64,000 nucleotides of DNA, taken from the NCBI GenBank assembly GCA_037190965.1, contig JBBCKI010000049.1, forward strand, positions 15,908 through 79,907. Direction: 5' to 3'. The notes beneath the pieces were generated by a model, which worked only from the letters and a program-made list of their open reading frames with translations, did not search any database and had not been told where the DNA came from. This document shows positions 1 through 10,060 of this stretch, piece after piece; position 1 is the first letter of the stretch; the number at the start of each line of letters is the position of its first letter. The DNA is from Chthoniobacteraceae bacterium. Its GTDB lineage: Bacteria; Verrucomicrobiota; Verrucomicrobiia; Chthoniobacterales; Chthoniobacteraceae. The position numbers and the translations under genes are program-made.

Positions 1-147
1 TATTGACGACAAAAGCGGCGTGTGTAGAAGAGACCTGAAAAGGGAAGCCCAGACCATAACGCCATATCTCTCCTTCCGCCGCGTCTGGCGGAGTCTGCAA
101 ATGACCAAGGCCGCGGCTCACTCCGGAAATGGAATTCTGACCCGACG

Positions 148-2307
148 TCATTCTCGACTGGGACTTTTGAAGTTCTCCGCCAGCACCTTGCGCTGCGCCG
201 GATTCTTAAAAACCACCCGCTGTCTTTCAGGAAGCCCCTGAACCAGCGCCGCCGTTCCGTAGTATTGAAATCCATCAAAGCCAGCGTCCCTGACTGCGCG
301 AATCTCCCGTTCGAGAGCGTTTTCACACCCCGGTTGCTTCCATTGTCTGGAGAAAAGAAATATGGAGATTACCGCATCAATTCCCTTCTCCCTCGCTAGA
401 GAGAGAACCTCCTGAGCAAAACAGGTACCCACCGGCTCATGCTTTAATAAGATATAATCCGCAAGCCCCTCTTTGATCCACGTCCGCCAATCCCAGTGAA
501 TTTCCATGCATGCACCTTCTTCAGGTTCCATATTCATCCCGGAATCAACATGTAACCCGATGGTTTTTCCTGCGCGGCGGGTAATCTCACGAGCATCCCG
601 GCAAAACTGTGTATATCCCTCTCCACGAACCCGACGCCACAACGCCCTGTCAAAATCATCGGTCTTCCAAATGTCGACTCCGGTGCGTTTGAGGAATTCG
701 TCGCGAACCGGCTGCTCAAACCCGAATTCCCCATAAGTGAAGCTGCTTGCGTGGCCCACGCGTCGGATCTCAACCCCGTCGGCTCCGGCTTCGAGAATCG
801 CACGGACCCAGGACAGCCACCATTCCCTGACTTCGGGGTGAGAGGGCGAACCGATATATTCGTAATACTGATCTTTATGGCGATCAAATCCAAGAAAGCC
901 TTGACCTGCGTCCAAGACAAAAGGTTCACGGACCGGATCATAACCCGCGAATACGCCGGAGGGTGTGCCGGTGGCATTCCCAAAAATAATTCCCGTCTCG
1001 ATGCCTCCTTCCAGAAGGAAGCGGTCCCGCGTATTGGAAGCCGTGCCATAGGTGAAAATCCGTTCCTCACCCTTCTCCCCGAATAAATGCACGAGATTGA
1101 CCAATTCATTGACAAATGACCTCTCGCGGGCTCCCACTAGGAGCGCAAGATAACGATGGGGAATGTTCAGCCCGCTCAGGCGCATCACGCGGGAGCGCCG
1201 TGTTTGTCCCGTCTTTCGCCGCCCCGACGCGGTCGCTTCATACACTGGATACTCTTCAATGATTTCCTCACATTGGATCGGACCCGAGTACGGATAGTAC
1301 TTCTGATTGTCATCACTAACGTGAAGGAGGACATCCTCGACGGTAAAGGCGCATGCCCGGTCGTCTTCTTTGACGATATCGATTCGCTGGATGATTTCAT
1401 TCTCCCCTTTTCCCCATGCGCCGGGCTTCCGTGCCATAAGAAACCCTGGCTGTGCCTTATTGTAGCGGGCGAAGTATTCCACCTCGAATGGCTTGATGGT
1501 GCCAAAGATTTGCAACCCATGCTTGTGCGCCATCTCCACGGCAAGTTTGAAATTATCTCCGATATTCTTCTCATCCGTGATGATCATCCCCTCCCCTGCG
1601 ATCAAATCGTGGTAATTCCAAGGCACGCGCTTCACTCCGGCTTCCGCCAACCGCGCAAAGAACTCGTCATACATCGCCCGGCTGTATTTGATGGGATCGG
1701 GGCTGGTGCGAGAGCAATCGTCGGGGCTCCAGTCATCATAAAAATCCACCTCCATATCGAGAAAGAAATCTCCCCTCCTCGGGAGAATGGGAGCCGAGAC
1801 CTTCACCGGTTGCTCCTCAAAGACTCGGATTCTATGAACAACACACTGATTCCAGAGAGAGATCGTAACCCATCCCGCGCTCGGTTTCGAAAATTCATCA
1901 CATCCGTCAATGTAGAGTTCCCCGTCCACCCAGGCGCTTGCGCGACCATTCTGGAACTCAAAGATAATCTTACGAATTCCTGACTGATGAGGAACGCTCT
2001 TCACTACCTCCGCAACGGAGCTATGTGAATGTTTCAATATCCGATGGCGCGTGTAAGGAGAATCACTGATTGCCAAGACAACAAGAAGCGTTCCGCCGCA
2101 ACAATCGATCGCGGAACTCCGGGGAGCTTCGGCATCAATCTCGACCCGAAGGTGATTCCATGCCACTCCGGAGAGAGGAATCATCATCTCCGTTACTTTC
2201 CCACAATGGAGGCTCCCGCGTTCATAGGTATGATTCAAGGTTTGAACCCGCCAAGTGGGAGGGATGTTTTCCAGTTCAAAGGAATGATTGATAATTGGTT
2301 TTCTCAT
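148..2307 (-). CDS. Hypothetical glycoside-hydrolase-like TIM-barrel protein (GHL10/DUF187-like C-terminal half)
   Basis: 719-aa ORF. Motifs AVEMAHKHGLQIFG, SPSHPEVREWWLSWVRAILEAGADGVEIR and RDEFLKRTGVD..W...R....TQF resemble GH10-like/DUF187 barrels. Last gene of the module. Confidence 0.55.
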   Translation of the reverse strand: MRKPIINHSFELENIPPTWRVQTLNHTYERGSLHCGKVTEMMIPLSGVAWNHLRVEIDAEAPRSSAIDCCGGTLLVVLAISDSPYTRHRILKHSHSSVAEVVKSVPHQSGIRKIIFEFQNGRASAWVDGELYIDGCDEFSKPSAGWVTISLWNQCVVHRIRVFEEQPVKVSAPILPRRGDFFLDMEVDFYDDWSPDDCSRTSPDPIKYSRAMYDEFFARLAEAGVKRVPWNYHDLIAGEGMIITDEKNIGDNFKLAVEMAHKHGLQIFGTIKPFEVEYFARYNKAQPGFLMARKPGAWGKGENEIIQRIDIVKEDDRACAFTVEDVLLHVSDDNQKYYPYSGPIQCEEIIEEYPVYEATASGRRKTGQTRRSRVMRLSGLNIPHRYLALLVGARERSFVNELVNLVHLFGEKGEERIFTYGTASNTRDRFLLEGGIETGIIFGNATGTPSGVFAGYDPVREPFVLDAGQGFLGFDRHKDQYYEYIGSPSHPEVREWWLSWVRAILEAGADGVEIRRVGHASSFTYGEFGFEQPVRDEFLKRTGVDIWKTDDFDRALWRRVRGEGYTQFCRDAREITRRAGKTIGLHVDSGMNMEPEEGACMEIHWDWRTWIKEGLADYILLKHEPVGTCFAQEVLSLAREKGIDAVISIFLFSRQWKQPGCENALEREIRAVRDAGFDGFQYYGTAALVQGLPERQRVVFKNPAQRKVLAENFKSPSRE

Positions 2308-2346
2308 CGAAGGTTGTATCTACTGTATGGAGATTTGATATAACGA

Positions 2347-3126
2347 TTAGTCAATAGATCGCCGGATCGTTCCATCACCTGAAGGGTTATCCTCACGATC
2401 GCGTCGCCGAACCTCTGCGCTGGAGAGCGTTTCAGCGTGTCCGTCAGCGAAAAGGAAATTCGCAACCCCTCCGTGCCATTGATAGCCGACACTTCTGGCA
2501 GGTTCGCTTCCGTCTGGATTCGGAATCAATCCGCCATGTAACGAGCGGTGGCATAGCCAGCGAGGACGATTATTCACATCACCAAACCCTTCGCCCCTAT
2601 CCACCCATACGGACGCATCCGCGAGAATGACCAGCTCATTTGGCCGTTGAACCTTGGCCAATGGTCTATAATTTTGAATTTTTTCGGTATCACCCGGGAT
2701 ATCGGCGTAATCTCCCAGATTCCCGTTATATCCATAATTGGGTCCATACCAATTTTCGCCGAGACGGCAAGGATTCGCCGGACATTGATAGACCGTCAAA
2801 ACGTTTCGCTGATTATGAGTATTTGTGTTAGGAATCACGGAAAAGAGCAGACCATTCCAGTCAAGGGTTCCATCGGAAATCTGAAGCATCCGGCCATTAT
2901 TCTCCTGCGCGTATACCGCCCATCCAATATAGAGCTGGCGCTGGTTTGCCACGCACTTGGTCAAAAGACTCCTTTGCCTTACCCTGTTAAGCACGGGCAT
3001 CAATATTGTGGCAAGGAAGAGTATGACGAACACTACAACCAGAACTTCGACCAGGGTGAATCCGCGCATTTTCACATGCATCTTGCCTGGATTGGCCTTC
3101 TTTCGAAAGGTCATCGGATTGACCAT
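2347..3126 (-). CDS. Prepilin-type N-terminal cleavage/methylation protein with H-X9-DG domain
   Basis: GFTLVEVLVVVFVILFLATILMPVL class III signal, C..NQRQL motif, YQCP, C-terminal HGGVANFLFADGH. The ATG at 3126 lies 1 nt after the upstream stop. Confidence 0.9.
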   Translation of the reverse strand: MVNPMTFRKKANPGKMHVKMRGFTLVEVLVVVFVILFLATILMPVLNRVRQRSLLTKCVANQRQLYIGWAVYAQENNGRMLQISDGTLDWNGLLFSVIPNTNTHNQRNVLTVYQCPANPCRLGENWYGPNYGYNGNLGDYADIPGDTEKIQNYRPLAKVQRPNELVILADASVWVDRGEGFGDVNNRPRWLCHRSLHGGLIPNPDGSEPARSVGYQWHGGVANFLFADGHAETLSSAEVRRRDREDNPSGDGTIRRSID

Positions 3127-3127
3127 C

Positions 3128-6100
3128 TTATTTCGCGATCCATTTCTCCCAACGCGGGCCGATGTCCTCGCCATTTTCACCCGCTTTTCGCGCCGGCGAG
3201 TCCCCTGGCAATAGAACTTCTTCAGTGGTAAACGGAGTCTTGTCCGGATAGTCCTTCCACTCTTTCTTTGCTTTGGGCCCAAAGCCGAACTTAACCAGCA
3301 GCGGCATCAACCCGCCGGTATCATCCATCTCACGACTATTCTTGTCTCGATCTGCAGTCTCCCGCCACGGCTTCAAACCACCTTTCAGATCCTTGGTAAT
3401 AAAACGTGATGGATTTTCGAGATCCCAGACGTAAATGTTGTAGTCCGAATCAATGCGTGCTCCGCTGTACCACAATGGAAAGCTCGGCGCCTTGTTGACT
3501 ATCTGGTTCGTGATGATGTTATAGCGGAGAATCAGATTGGATTGATCCCCCACTTCGGTAATCAAACCGGTCAATGGACGGACGAGTAGACTATTGCGAA
3601 CTTCACATGGACGAACTGCCGAATATCCCAAAGAACGCCATCCGTAAGCAAGGAGGCTATCTGTGACGATGAATCCCCTTGCATCCTGAGGGGCGCCCGG
3701 CATCTCCCCTGCATAGTTTGTCCAGATACATGGCATCCAGCGCTCGCGACCGTCCATCACGCAATCCTTGATTTCAATCCCCACCGAACCAGAGATACCA
3801 AAAAGACCGGCATACCCCCTCGCACTCAAGTATCCCCCGTTTCCGTGCATCTGGACTCGCTCACAAACAAGATTCTGAAAGGTCAGAAACGCCTTGCTTT
3901 GGATCTGAACGCAATAGGAACGTCCATCACGCTGGAACTTGACCAACCCGCCGTCAAGAAATACGGATAGGGGCCTTTCGGCGCGGAATGTAATGCGCCT
4001 CTCCTCGGAAACTCCCGTCTGCAAAGGCCGCAATAGCTCCATGTATCGTCCCGGAGAAATTGTCACCGTATCCCCGGCCCGGGCTTCACGGGCTGCTTTA
4101 TGAAGCGTCTGCCACGCCGTGGCGGAGCTCAAGCCGTTGTTGCTGTCACTCCCTTCGAGAGAAACGTAAAGCTGACGCGGCTCGGGATCCTCATTTGCGG
4201 TCTTGAAGGTCATGTCTTCTGACCAAATCACCTCACCGTCCACGTGGCGTCGCCATCCCAGTCGGTAGTGGTATTGCGTAGCGGGCTTCAAACCCACCAA
4301 GCTCACCGTGTGAAAGGTTTCGTACTCACCCTGAAGTTCGTCTGCGAGATCAAGCTTCTTCGTATATTTTGGAGTTTCGCCCCACTGGATCATGGTGCCC
4401 ACGCGGCGCCCTGGCGTCCAATACGTGATATTCGAGCTCGTCCTTGTAACTGATATCACTTCCACCCTTTCAAAACTTTTGCGTTCGATCTTCCCGGAAA
4501 CAAACGTCCCACTGGGACCCACGGGCCTTGAGTAGCGCCCGCCGACGGCCAATGCCTGCCCGGCGCGAACCCGAAAGTCGTCATTGGCGCGCCCGGAAAA
4601 CTCCTCCTTTGCAATCGCAATAGAGTCCATATCCTGCCCATATTTGCGCTGGGCATCCTCCAATCCGGATTCAAAAGCGTTGAAGTTACTGTAAAAGCCA
4701 ACGCTCTCCACGGGAACGTCGACGTCGGCCTTCTTGTTTTGCTTCAGGATCGTACTGATCAACGCGATATCCGAACTGCCTGCGTCGGCCCTGAGCCCGT
4801 CTTCCGTATTGCCAGCCAAAGCGCCTTGATCAAATACAATCTCTTTGGAATTTCTTATCTCCAGTCCGGAATGTTCGCTATTCATACTGATGCAACGAAG
4901 AAACTCGATATTGCTGGAGTCGCCCACCCGAATTCCCTTTGCGACTGCGGACAAATCCTGCAGCTTCACATTGTCGCATCCATTGATGTATATTGACGGA
5001 AACTGAACCTTGGCTCGCTGGTGCGCCCGGATGATGACCGGCTTGCTCGCAGTAGCCTTGATTCCCGAAAGATGAAGTGATTCGTTCCATCTTCCGCCTT
5101 CGATATAAAGAGTCTGGCCCGGTTGAATCTTTTTGAGCGCATGGCTCAGAGTCCTCCATGCCTCCATCTCGCTGGTTCCTGAGTTCTGGTCATCCCCGCT
5201 CAGTCTCACATAAACTACCGAACCGTCGTATTGAAACGCACCCAGATCGCTGCCGTCAGGAGCCCTCTTCCGCGCTGGACTATCGCTTTGAAGTCGGTAG
5301 TCGCGGTAGGCAACGTCAGCGAACCCGGGGGCTGCTCCCAATGTCGAGACATCCAGATCGGTGTCTCCCTTAGGGCCGGTGGTCATCACTTGATAAGACG
5401 AATATGTGTTGTGCCGCATGACCTGCCCCTCGACTGAACCGCCCGTGTTGTCGAAAGCAACATTGTTTTCGGCTCCCATCTTTCCATCATTCGCTATAAC
5501 CTTATAAAAGAATCCGTCGGCGTTCCCATAGACCAGATTGCCTCGCGCCATGCAGTCATGGACGCTATCAGCGTAAAAACGAATGCCGAATTTGCTGGAG
5601 GTATGGGCCTTGTTGTCCTCAATCAGAACCCCTGTGGGATTTCCGGTAATCATGATCTGCGCGTCCTCGCTATAGTTGGAACGGTTCGACCATACCTCGT
5701 TCCCGCGAACGATGCTCTCCTTCATATTTCCGGCGAGGGAAATGGCAATGCCGTTTAGATAGCCTGTCGCATTTTGAACAATCACTTTCGCCGCATCCGA
5801 TGCCTTCACGCCTGAACCGCCAAATCCTGCGAGGGCAAAGCCGTCCAGAACGGAATTTGAAGCCATCGTGACTCCAATCTGGTCCTGCCGAACCGAAGCA
5901 TAAAGATGGTGACTGGGGCTCCCGCTGTCGCTGGGATGAATATAGGCTTTCGCGGCAGCTTCATCGAAAAAATAGCCGCCCGCCAGTTCCTCGACATCGA
6001 TGACGCTCGCCACCGATCGAAAACCGACCCCTGTATCCACCTCGATCAAAGTGGGCAATTTCTCCGAACAGGGTGCCACATAAGTATACTCCATCCCGGG

Positions 6101-6439
6101 CGCCCTTTCAAAGCCGGAAACAACCACTGGCCGCCCTATGAAAGCTCTTCCCCGCTTAGCCTCACGGAGAATGGTGGGAGATTCATCCGATCCCGCCTTT
6201 AGAACGATCCCCCCCTCGTACCAACCCGGCAGGACCGTAATGATGGAACCCGCATCGACCTTCTGCGCGGCGGCTTTGATCGTCTTGAAAGGTTGCTCCG
6301 CAGTGCCGGGAGCGGCGTCGTCTCCCATATCAGCGGAAACAAAATACTCCCTCGCCGCCCCTTCTGCGTGAGGAACGGCCCACGGTGACAGGACACCGGA
6401 CAAGACCAAGAGTCCAAAGATTCTTTTGAACGTTCTCAT
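3128..6439 (-). CDS. Secreted right-handed parallel beta-helix protein (three PL9/DUF1565-like modules plus FN3-like domain)
   Basis: Signal peptide MRTFKRIFGLLVLSGVLSPWAVPHAEG. Three Y(F)V..GDD...G....W/F.T...A starts, D(Y/F)RL...SPA..D(L/I)G caps, FN3-like HTVSLVGLKPATQYHYR. Start moved from 6835 to ATG 6439. Confidence 0.8.
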   Translation of the reverse strand: MRTFKRIFGLLVLSGVLSPWAVPHAEGAAREYFVSADMGDDAAPGTAEQPFKTIKAAAQKVDAGSIITVLPGWYEGGIVLKAGSDESPTILREAKRGRAFIGRPVVVSGFERAPGMEYTYVAPCSEKLPTLIEVDTGVGFRSVASVIDVEELAGGYFFDEAAAKAYIHPSDSGSPSHHLYASVRQDQIGVTMASNSVLDGFALAGFGGSGVKASDAAKVIVQNATGYLNGIAISLAGNMKESIVRGNEVWSNRSNYSEDAQIMITGNPTGVLIEDNKAHTSSKFGIRFYADSVHDCMARGNLVYGNADGFFYKVIANDGKMGAENNVAFDNTGGSVEGQVMRHNTYSSYQVMTTGPKGDTDLDVSTLGAAPGFADVAYRDYRLQSDSPARKRAPDGSDLGAFQYDGSVVYVRLSGDDQNSGTSEMEAWRTLSHALKKIQPGQTLYIEGGRWNESLHLSGIKATASKPVIIRAHQRAKVQFPSIYINGCDNVKLQDLSAVAKGIRVGDSSNIEFLRCISMNSEHSGLEIRNSKEIVFDQGALAGNTEDGLRADAGSSDIALISTILKQNKKADVDVPVESVGFYSNFNAFESGLEDAQRKYGQDMDSIAIAKEEFSGRANDDFRVRAGQALAVGGRYSRPVGPSGTFVSGKIERKSFERVEVISVTRTSSNITYWTPGRRVGTMIQWGETPKYTKKLDLADELQGEYETFHTVSLVGLKPATQYHYRLGWRRHVDGEVIWSEDMTFKTANEDPEPRQLYVSLEGSDSNNGLSSATAWQTLHKAAREARAGDTVTISPGRYMELLRPLQTGVSEERRITFRAERPLSVFLDGGLVKFQRDGRSYCVQIQSKAFLTFQNLVCERVQMHGNGGYLSARGYAGLFGISGSVGIEIKDCVMDGRERWMPCIWTNYAGEMPGAPQDARGFIVTDSLLAYGWRSLGYSAVRPCEVRNSLLVRPLTGLITEVGDQSNLILRYNIITNQIVNKAPSFPLWYSGARIDSDYNIYVWDLENPSRFITKDLKGGLKPWRETADRDKNSREMDDTGGLMPLLVKFGFGPKAKKEWKDYPDKTPFTTEEVLLPGDSPARKAGENGEDIGPRWEKWIAK

Positions 6440-6461
6440 GAGATGACAGGGTTGTTCGACC

Positions 6462-7136
6462 TTACGGCATTTGGTCGTAGAGCCTGACTTCCTGGATGTA
6501 GAGTTTGGCTCCGTAAAGGCGAAGGTCCAGGGTCGTATAATTTCCGTTGAGCTCTCTCCGTGCCAACCCGATAGTCCCCTCGCCATCCACCACATAAACC
6601 CTCCCCCTGCCATCCCCGTCGAAGACAAATCGCAATGTTTGCACCGTCGCCGTGTCCAAGTTGAGACGCTCCTCGCCCGAAGCAATGATTTTATTTCCTC
6701 GAATTGAAGCGACGGTGATCTTGCTATCGGCACATAGGTTGAGTTCAACGCTGCCGTCCGATTCCATCTCTGTCCGGAATTTGATATCGAACGTAAACGG
6801 AAAGTGAACCTTTGGTGTGATCGGCAAAATGGCACTTCTCAGAATGTTCATTTCCGTAGGCTCCACAACCAGCTCATTTTCGACGATCTGGGATATGACT
6901 GGGTTGGCGGGCGAAGCCTTGCTCAGAGAATCGAAGAACTCCGTCTCCTTTACCCCGCCCTCCGCACTCCCATAAGTCTCCCTAAAGCGCAAGGCATCGT
7001 CGGACATCGTTTTCGTCGCCTCTGCGCGATCAATCTCAGCGAGCGCGACATCCGAATCTTCGGCATTAAGTTGCGGCGTAACCAGCAGCAGAGATAACGC
7101 GAACGATAGGATGCTCAGTTTGTGATATAGGAACAT
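6462..7136 (-). CDS. Secreted hypothetical protein (possible beta-sandwich/ConA-like)
   Basis: 224-aa ORF with a clear Sec signal peptide (..LLLVTPQLNA-ED) and a beta-rich pattern; co-oriented in the operon. Confidence 0.65.
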   Translation of the reverse strand: MFLYHKLSILSFALSLLLVTPQLNAEDSDVALAEIDRAEATKTMSDDALRFRETYGSAEGGVKETEFFDSLSKASPANPVISQIVENELVVEPTEMNILRSAILPITPKVHFPFTFDIKFRTEMESDGSVELNLCADSKITVASIRGNKIIASGEERLNLDTATVQTLRFVFDGDGRGRVYVVDGEGTIGLARRELNGNYTTLDLRLYGAKLYIQEVRLYDQMP

Positions 7137-7189
7137 ACAAGCTTAAGGGGAACTTAGAAAAAAATCTGTTTAAAGAAGGCACTGACCGA

Positions 7190-8725
7190 CTAACGCCGAC
7201 GCCGAATGCACGCGAGCCCGCATCCGAACAATAGCAGCAGTCCGATGGACGGCTCCGGTATGGCGCTGGTCACATAAATACTGTTTGCACCATAAAAAAT
7301 TGAACCGCTTGCACCAATCCATGTCACACTATTAAAGGTGCCGCTCGTTGCTCCTGTGGTCGAGAACAGGGTGTATTGCGTCAGGTTTGCTCCACCACTG
7401 AAATTCGTGAAGTCCAGAACCAGGTCCCCAAGGTTTATCGTCTGGGAGAGTGTTCCGAAAATCGTGATCCGGTCGTAATCCGTAGCACTGTTAAAATCAA
7501 AAGTGAACGCACTATTATCTGAGAGCTTGACGACAGCCGATTGAGCGGCGGACCCGAGCGTCAAAGTACCCACTCCTTTGCCACTCAGCGAATCGCCAGG
7601 TTTCACGATGCCGTAAAGATTGATATTATGGGCGCCAGCCGCGGTCATTTCCAACGCTCCCGATCCGATCAATGTGGCGGTTTTTTCAAGCGCGGCATTG
7701 CTCTGGTTCAGATAGAAATTCTGGCTAGTGATTTTGCTGGTTGCGCCCACGTCGATCACTGCGTGACGGCTGGCGGTTAGATTGCCATTGATCATGATCT
7801 CCCCGCCCGAACGCGTTTTCAACGTCGCCGAGACCGTTCCGGATGGGTAAGCGTCCACAAGCATCGCGGTCGCCGTGAGTTTCGAATTAGCTCCTTCAAC
7901 GATCAGCGTCCCGCTCGAACCGATATTATTTCCAAGATAGAAATTCGCAATCCCCTTGATTTCGCCTCCTCCGTCTATACGTACCGTCCCTGAACTATTC
8001 ACTCCATTGCCGACCATGATGTTGCTGTTCTGCAGGTCCGCCACACTTCCCGCACCATTCACATTCAACGTCGCAGTGCTGGAATTATGTGAGCCTACGT
8101 GAACAGTTTTTGAGTTCAGTTTCGCTCCATTATCAATCGTCAGTGTGGTCGTCGAGACGTCGGTTCCGCTTTTTACGTAGGCGCCAATTCTCAAAAACCC
8201 ATTCCCCGAGTTGAAAGTGGCTGCGGGACCGGTGATACGTACAGCGACAGGCGACGTTTGGGGATTATTTGCGCCGATGAGCATATCGTAGCTGCTCATC
8301 ATTTGCAGTGTGCCGTTCTGCCAGGTCATCGATCCTCGAAACGAGCTCCTGAAGAGCTCGTTGGAATCGTCATTTGCGATCTGGAGCGTATTTCCGTTGT
8401 AGTCGAAACTGACATTTCCACCTTCCGCCAGGTACATTGAAGAGAGCGAATAGACAGAGGATGTACCCGTCGAAGTGATCGTCTTGGCACCGGCAACCGT
8501 CAGCCTATCAGCCACGCCGGGAAGGGAGCCGGGAACGCTCCCGCCCACACGGTAGTTTCCCAGAGTTTCATAATTCGTATCGACGGAACCCAACCAGTCA
8601 TAATTCACCGCCCACGAGGCGGTTGCGAATGAAAAGAAGACAACCAGAAGAAGACCGAACCTCCGCGATCTTCCGCACATGACGGCAGCATCGGAGAAGG
8701 TGTTTTTCCTATTAATAATTTTCAT
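7190..8725 (-). CDS. PEP-CTERM sorting domain surface protein with T5SS/PEP-CTERM-associated beta-repeats
   Basis: C-terminal IPEPSIGLLLLFGCGLACIRRRR; Gly/Ser/Thr/Asn-rich repeats (VG....GTL.V.GAGS); N-terminal signal peptide. Start uncertain (8764, 8725 or further downstream). Confidence 0.9.
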   Translation of the reverse strand: MKIINRKNTFSDAAVMCGRSRRFGLLLVVFFSFATASWAVNYDWLGSVDTNYETLGNYRVGGSVPGSLPGVADRLTVAGAKTITSTGTSSVYSLSSMYLAEGGNVSFDYNGNTLQIANDDSNELFRSSFRGSMTWQNGTLQMMSSYDMLIGANNPQTSPVAVRITGPAATFNSGNGFLRIGAYVKSGTDVSTTTLTIDNGAKLNSKTVHVGSHNSSTATLNVNGAGSVADLQNSNIMVGNGVNSSGTVRIDGGGEIKGIANFYLGNNIGSSGTLIVEGANSKLTATAMLVDAYPSGTVSATLKTRSGGEIMINGNLTASRHAVIDVGATSKITSQNFYLNQSNAALEKTATLIGSGALEMTAAGAHNINLYGIVKPGDSLSGKGVGTLTLGSAAQSAVVKLSDNSAFTFDFNSATDYDRITIFGTLSQTINLGDLVLDFTNFSGGANLTQYTLFSTTGATSGTFNSVTWIGASGSIFYGANSIYVTSAIPEPSIGLLLLFGCGLACIRRRR

Positions 8726-8769
8726 ATTGGGGGAGTGATGGCGTCTGAGTAAGCAGTTATTCACTACTT

Positions 8770-8841
8770 ACATAGGCAAGAATTATCCCGGAGCCGCAGC
8801 CTCCCGCAAGAGCTACCGTGGTAGCTTTTTTTTGCCTATGT
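8770..8841. promoter_or_regulatory. Nested inverted repeats upstream of the PEP-CTERM gene (candidate operator or hairpin)
   Basis: ACATAGGCAA (8770-8779) pairs with TTGCCTATGT (8832-8841). They enclose AGCTACC-GT-GGTAGCT (8811-8826), which is followed by a T-run. Confidence 0.45.
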
Positions 8842-8860
8842 TTTCGGCGCCGGCCAGTTC

Positions 8861-10060
8861 TCACTCCTCCGTGGGAGGAGCCACCGTTTGGGGATTATTG
8901 ATCTTGATCCAATTCGGTCGGGGTAGTACCCAGTTCGGTTTCAGCGAAAGCGAGCCGGTCTTGGCGAGTTGGATCACCAAACGAGAAAGAGAGATCGCAT
9001 ACGCGTCATGATCAATCCAATAGGAAGCAATCTTCGGGCGGAAGGCATGCAGCACGAGTTCGAAATCCGTGCTGATCACCGACACGTCCCGGGGAACATG
9101 GACCCCTGAATAGATCAAATGGCTAACGGCCGTCACCGCATGCCAGGCGTCCGCGACAATGAGCCCCGTCGGGCGGGAAGTTTTTTGAAAAGCCGAATCC
9201 AGCACGCTATCAATATGATATCCGGCAGTCTTGTGGTGCCTCAGGACAATCCCTGTGGCGTTTCGGCCAAAAGATGCAATTTCATCCCGAAATCCCTGCT
9301 CCCTGGCCAGCATGTCCGCTCCATCTATGTCAGGCAATAGAAGCGCCAGGCGACGATGCTTCGCCCCCAGCAACCGCCGGGTCGCGTGCCGGCAAATCGA
9401 GTTGAAATCGAGGTCCAGGAAGGGCAGCTTTACGTTAGGATAGCGGTGCCCGACGATAAATGCAGGCAGAGCCCGATCGGAAAAATAAAGTTGCTGGGCG
9501 TGGTTCGAATCGAAAAGAACCCAGCAGGCGGCATCGATTTGATGGACGATTCGATCCACAAACTTGGTCTTAATCTCATTTGCAAACCGGTAATCGTTAA
9601 TCTCACGGACCTCAAATCCCGCCAGATGAAAATCATGCTCCAGCTCCGACCGGGCAAACGCGATCAGGCGACTGACCTCCCATGGAGGAGCCGCCACCAA
9701 AAATACCACGACTTTTGACCTCTGCCGCGACAACTTCCGCTTTTCCCGACAGTCCGGCAGAATCCGAGTCAGATGCCCACGGCTTTGAGCGATCAATCCT
9801 TCGTCACTCAGGATCTTAAGCGCTTTTTTCAAGGTTGTATGACTAACCTGCAATCGACGCGCCAGATCCTCTGCCCCGGGCAAAAAGTCATGCCATTCTC
9901 CGCCCCGGATCGCATCGCGAAGGCTATCCGCCGTCCTCGACGCCAGGGGAATGCGTTGCGGAATACGAATTAAAGACTCCATCGTTTTCTGCTTCCCGCC
10001 CCGGCTAGAAGATCTGCCTGGGGATTTCGAGCCTGGGGAATGGATCGGAGCCTTGCTCAT
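8861..10060 (-). CDS. Transcriptional regulator: GntR-type wHTH plus LacI/periplasmic-binding-protein-like sensor domain
   Basis: LRDAIRGGEWHDFLPGAEDLARRLQVSHTTLKKALKILSDEGLI HTH; C-terminal RPTGLIV...GVHVPRDVSVIS. Start may be the downstream MESLIR. Confidence 0.85.
   Translation of the reverse strand: MSKAPIHSPGSKSPGRSSSRGGKQKTMESLIRIPQRIPLASRTADSLRDAIRGGEWHDFLPGAEDLARRLQVSHTTLKKALKILSDEGLIAQSRGHLTRILPDCREKRKLSRQRSKVVVFLVAAPPWEVSRLIAFARSELEHDFHLAGFEVREINDYRFANEIKTKFVDRIVHQIDAACWVLFDSNHAQQLYFSDRALPAFIVGHRYPNVKLPFLDLDFNSICRHATRRLLGAKHRRLALLLPDIDGADMLAREQGFRDEIASFGRNATGIVLRHHKTAGYHIDSVLDSAFQKTSRPTGLIVADAWHAVTAVSHLIYSGVHVPRDVSVISTDFELVLHAFRPKIASYWIDHDAYAISLSRLVIQLAKTGSLSLKPNWVLPRPNWIKINNPQTVAPPTEE

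Noticed and set aside
1..65. Possible gene start on the minus strand (AAGGAGA RBS, ATG at 65)
   Set aside because: Only 21 codons are visible before the window edge; cannot be evaluated.
6440..6835. N-terminal extension of the 1235-aa ORF (likewise the extensions of ORFs ending at 31849, 48406, 50922 and 56500)
   Set aside because: The extensions overlap neighbouring real genes. Signal peptides or family N-termini mark the downstream starts used here.
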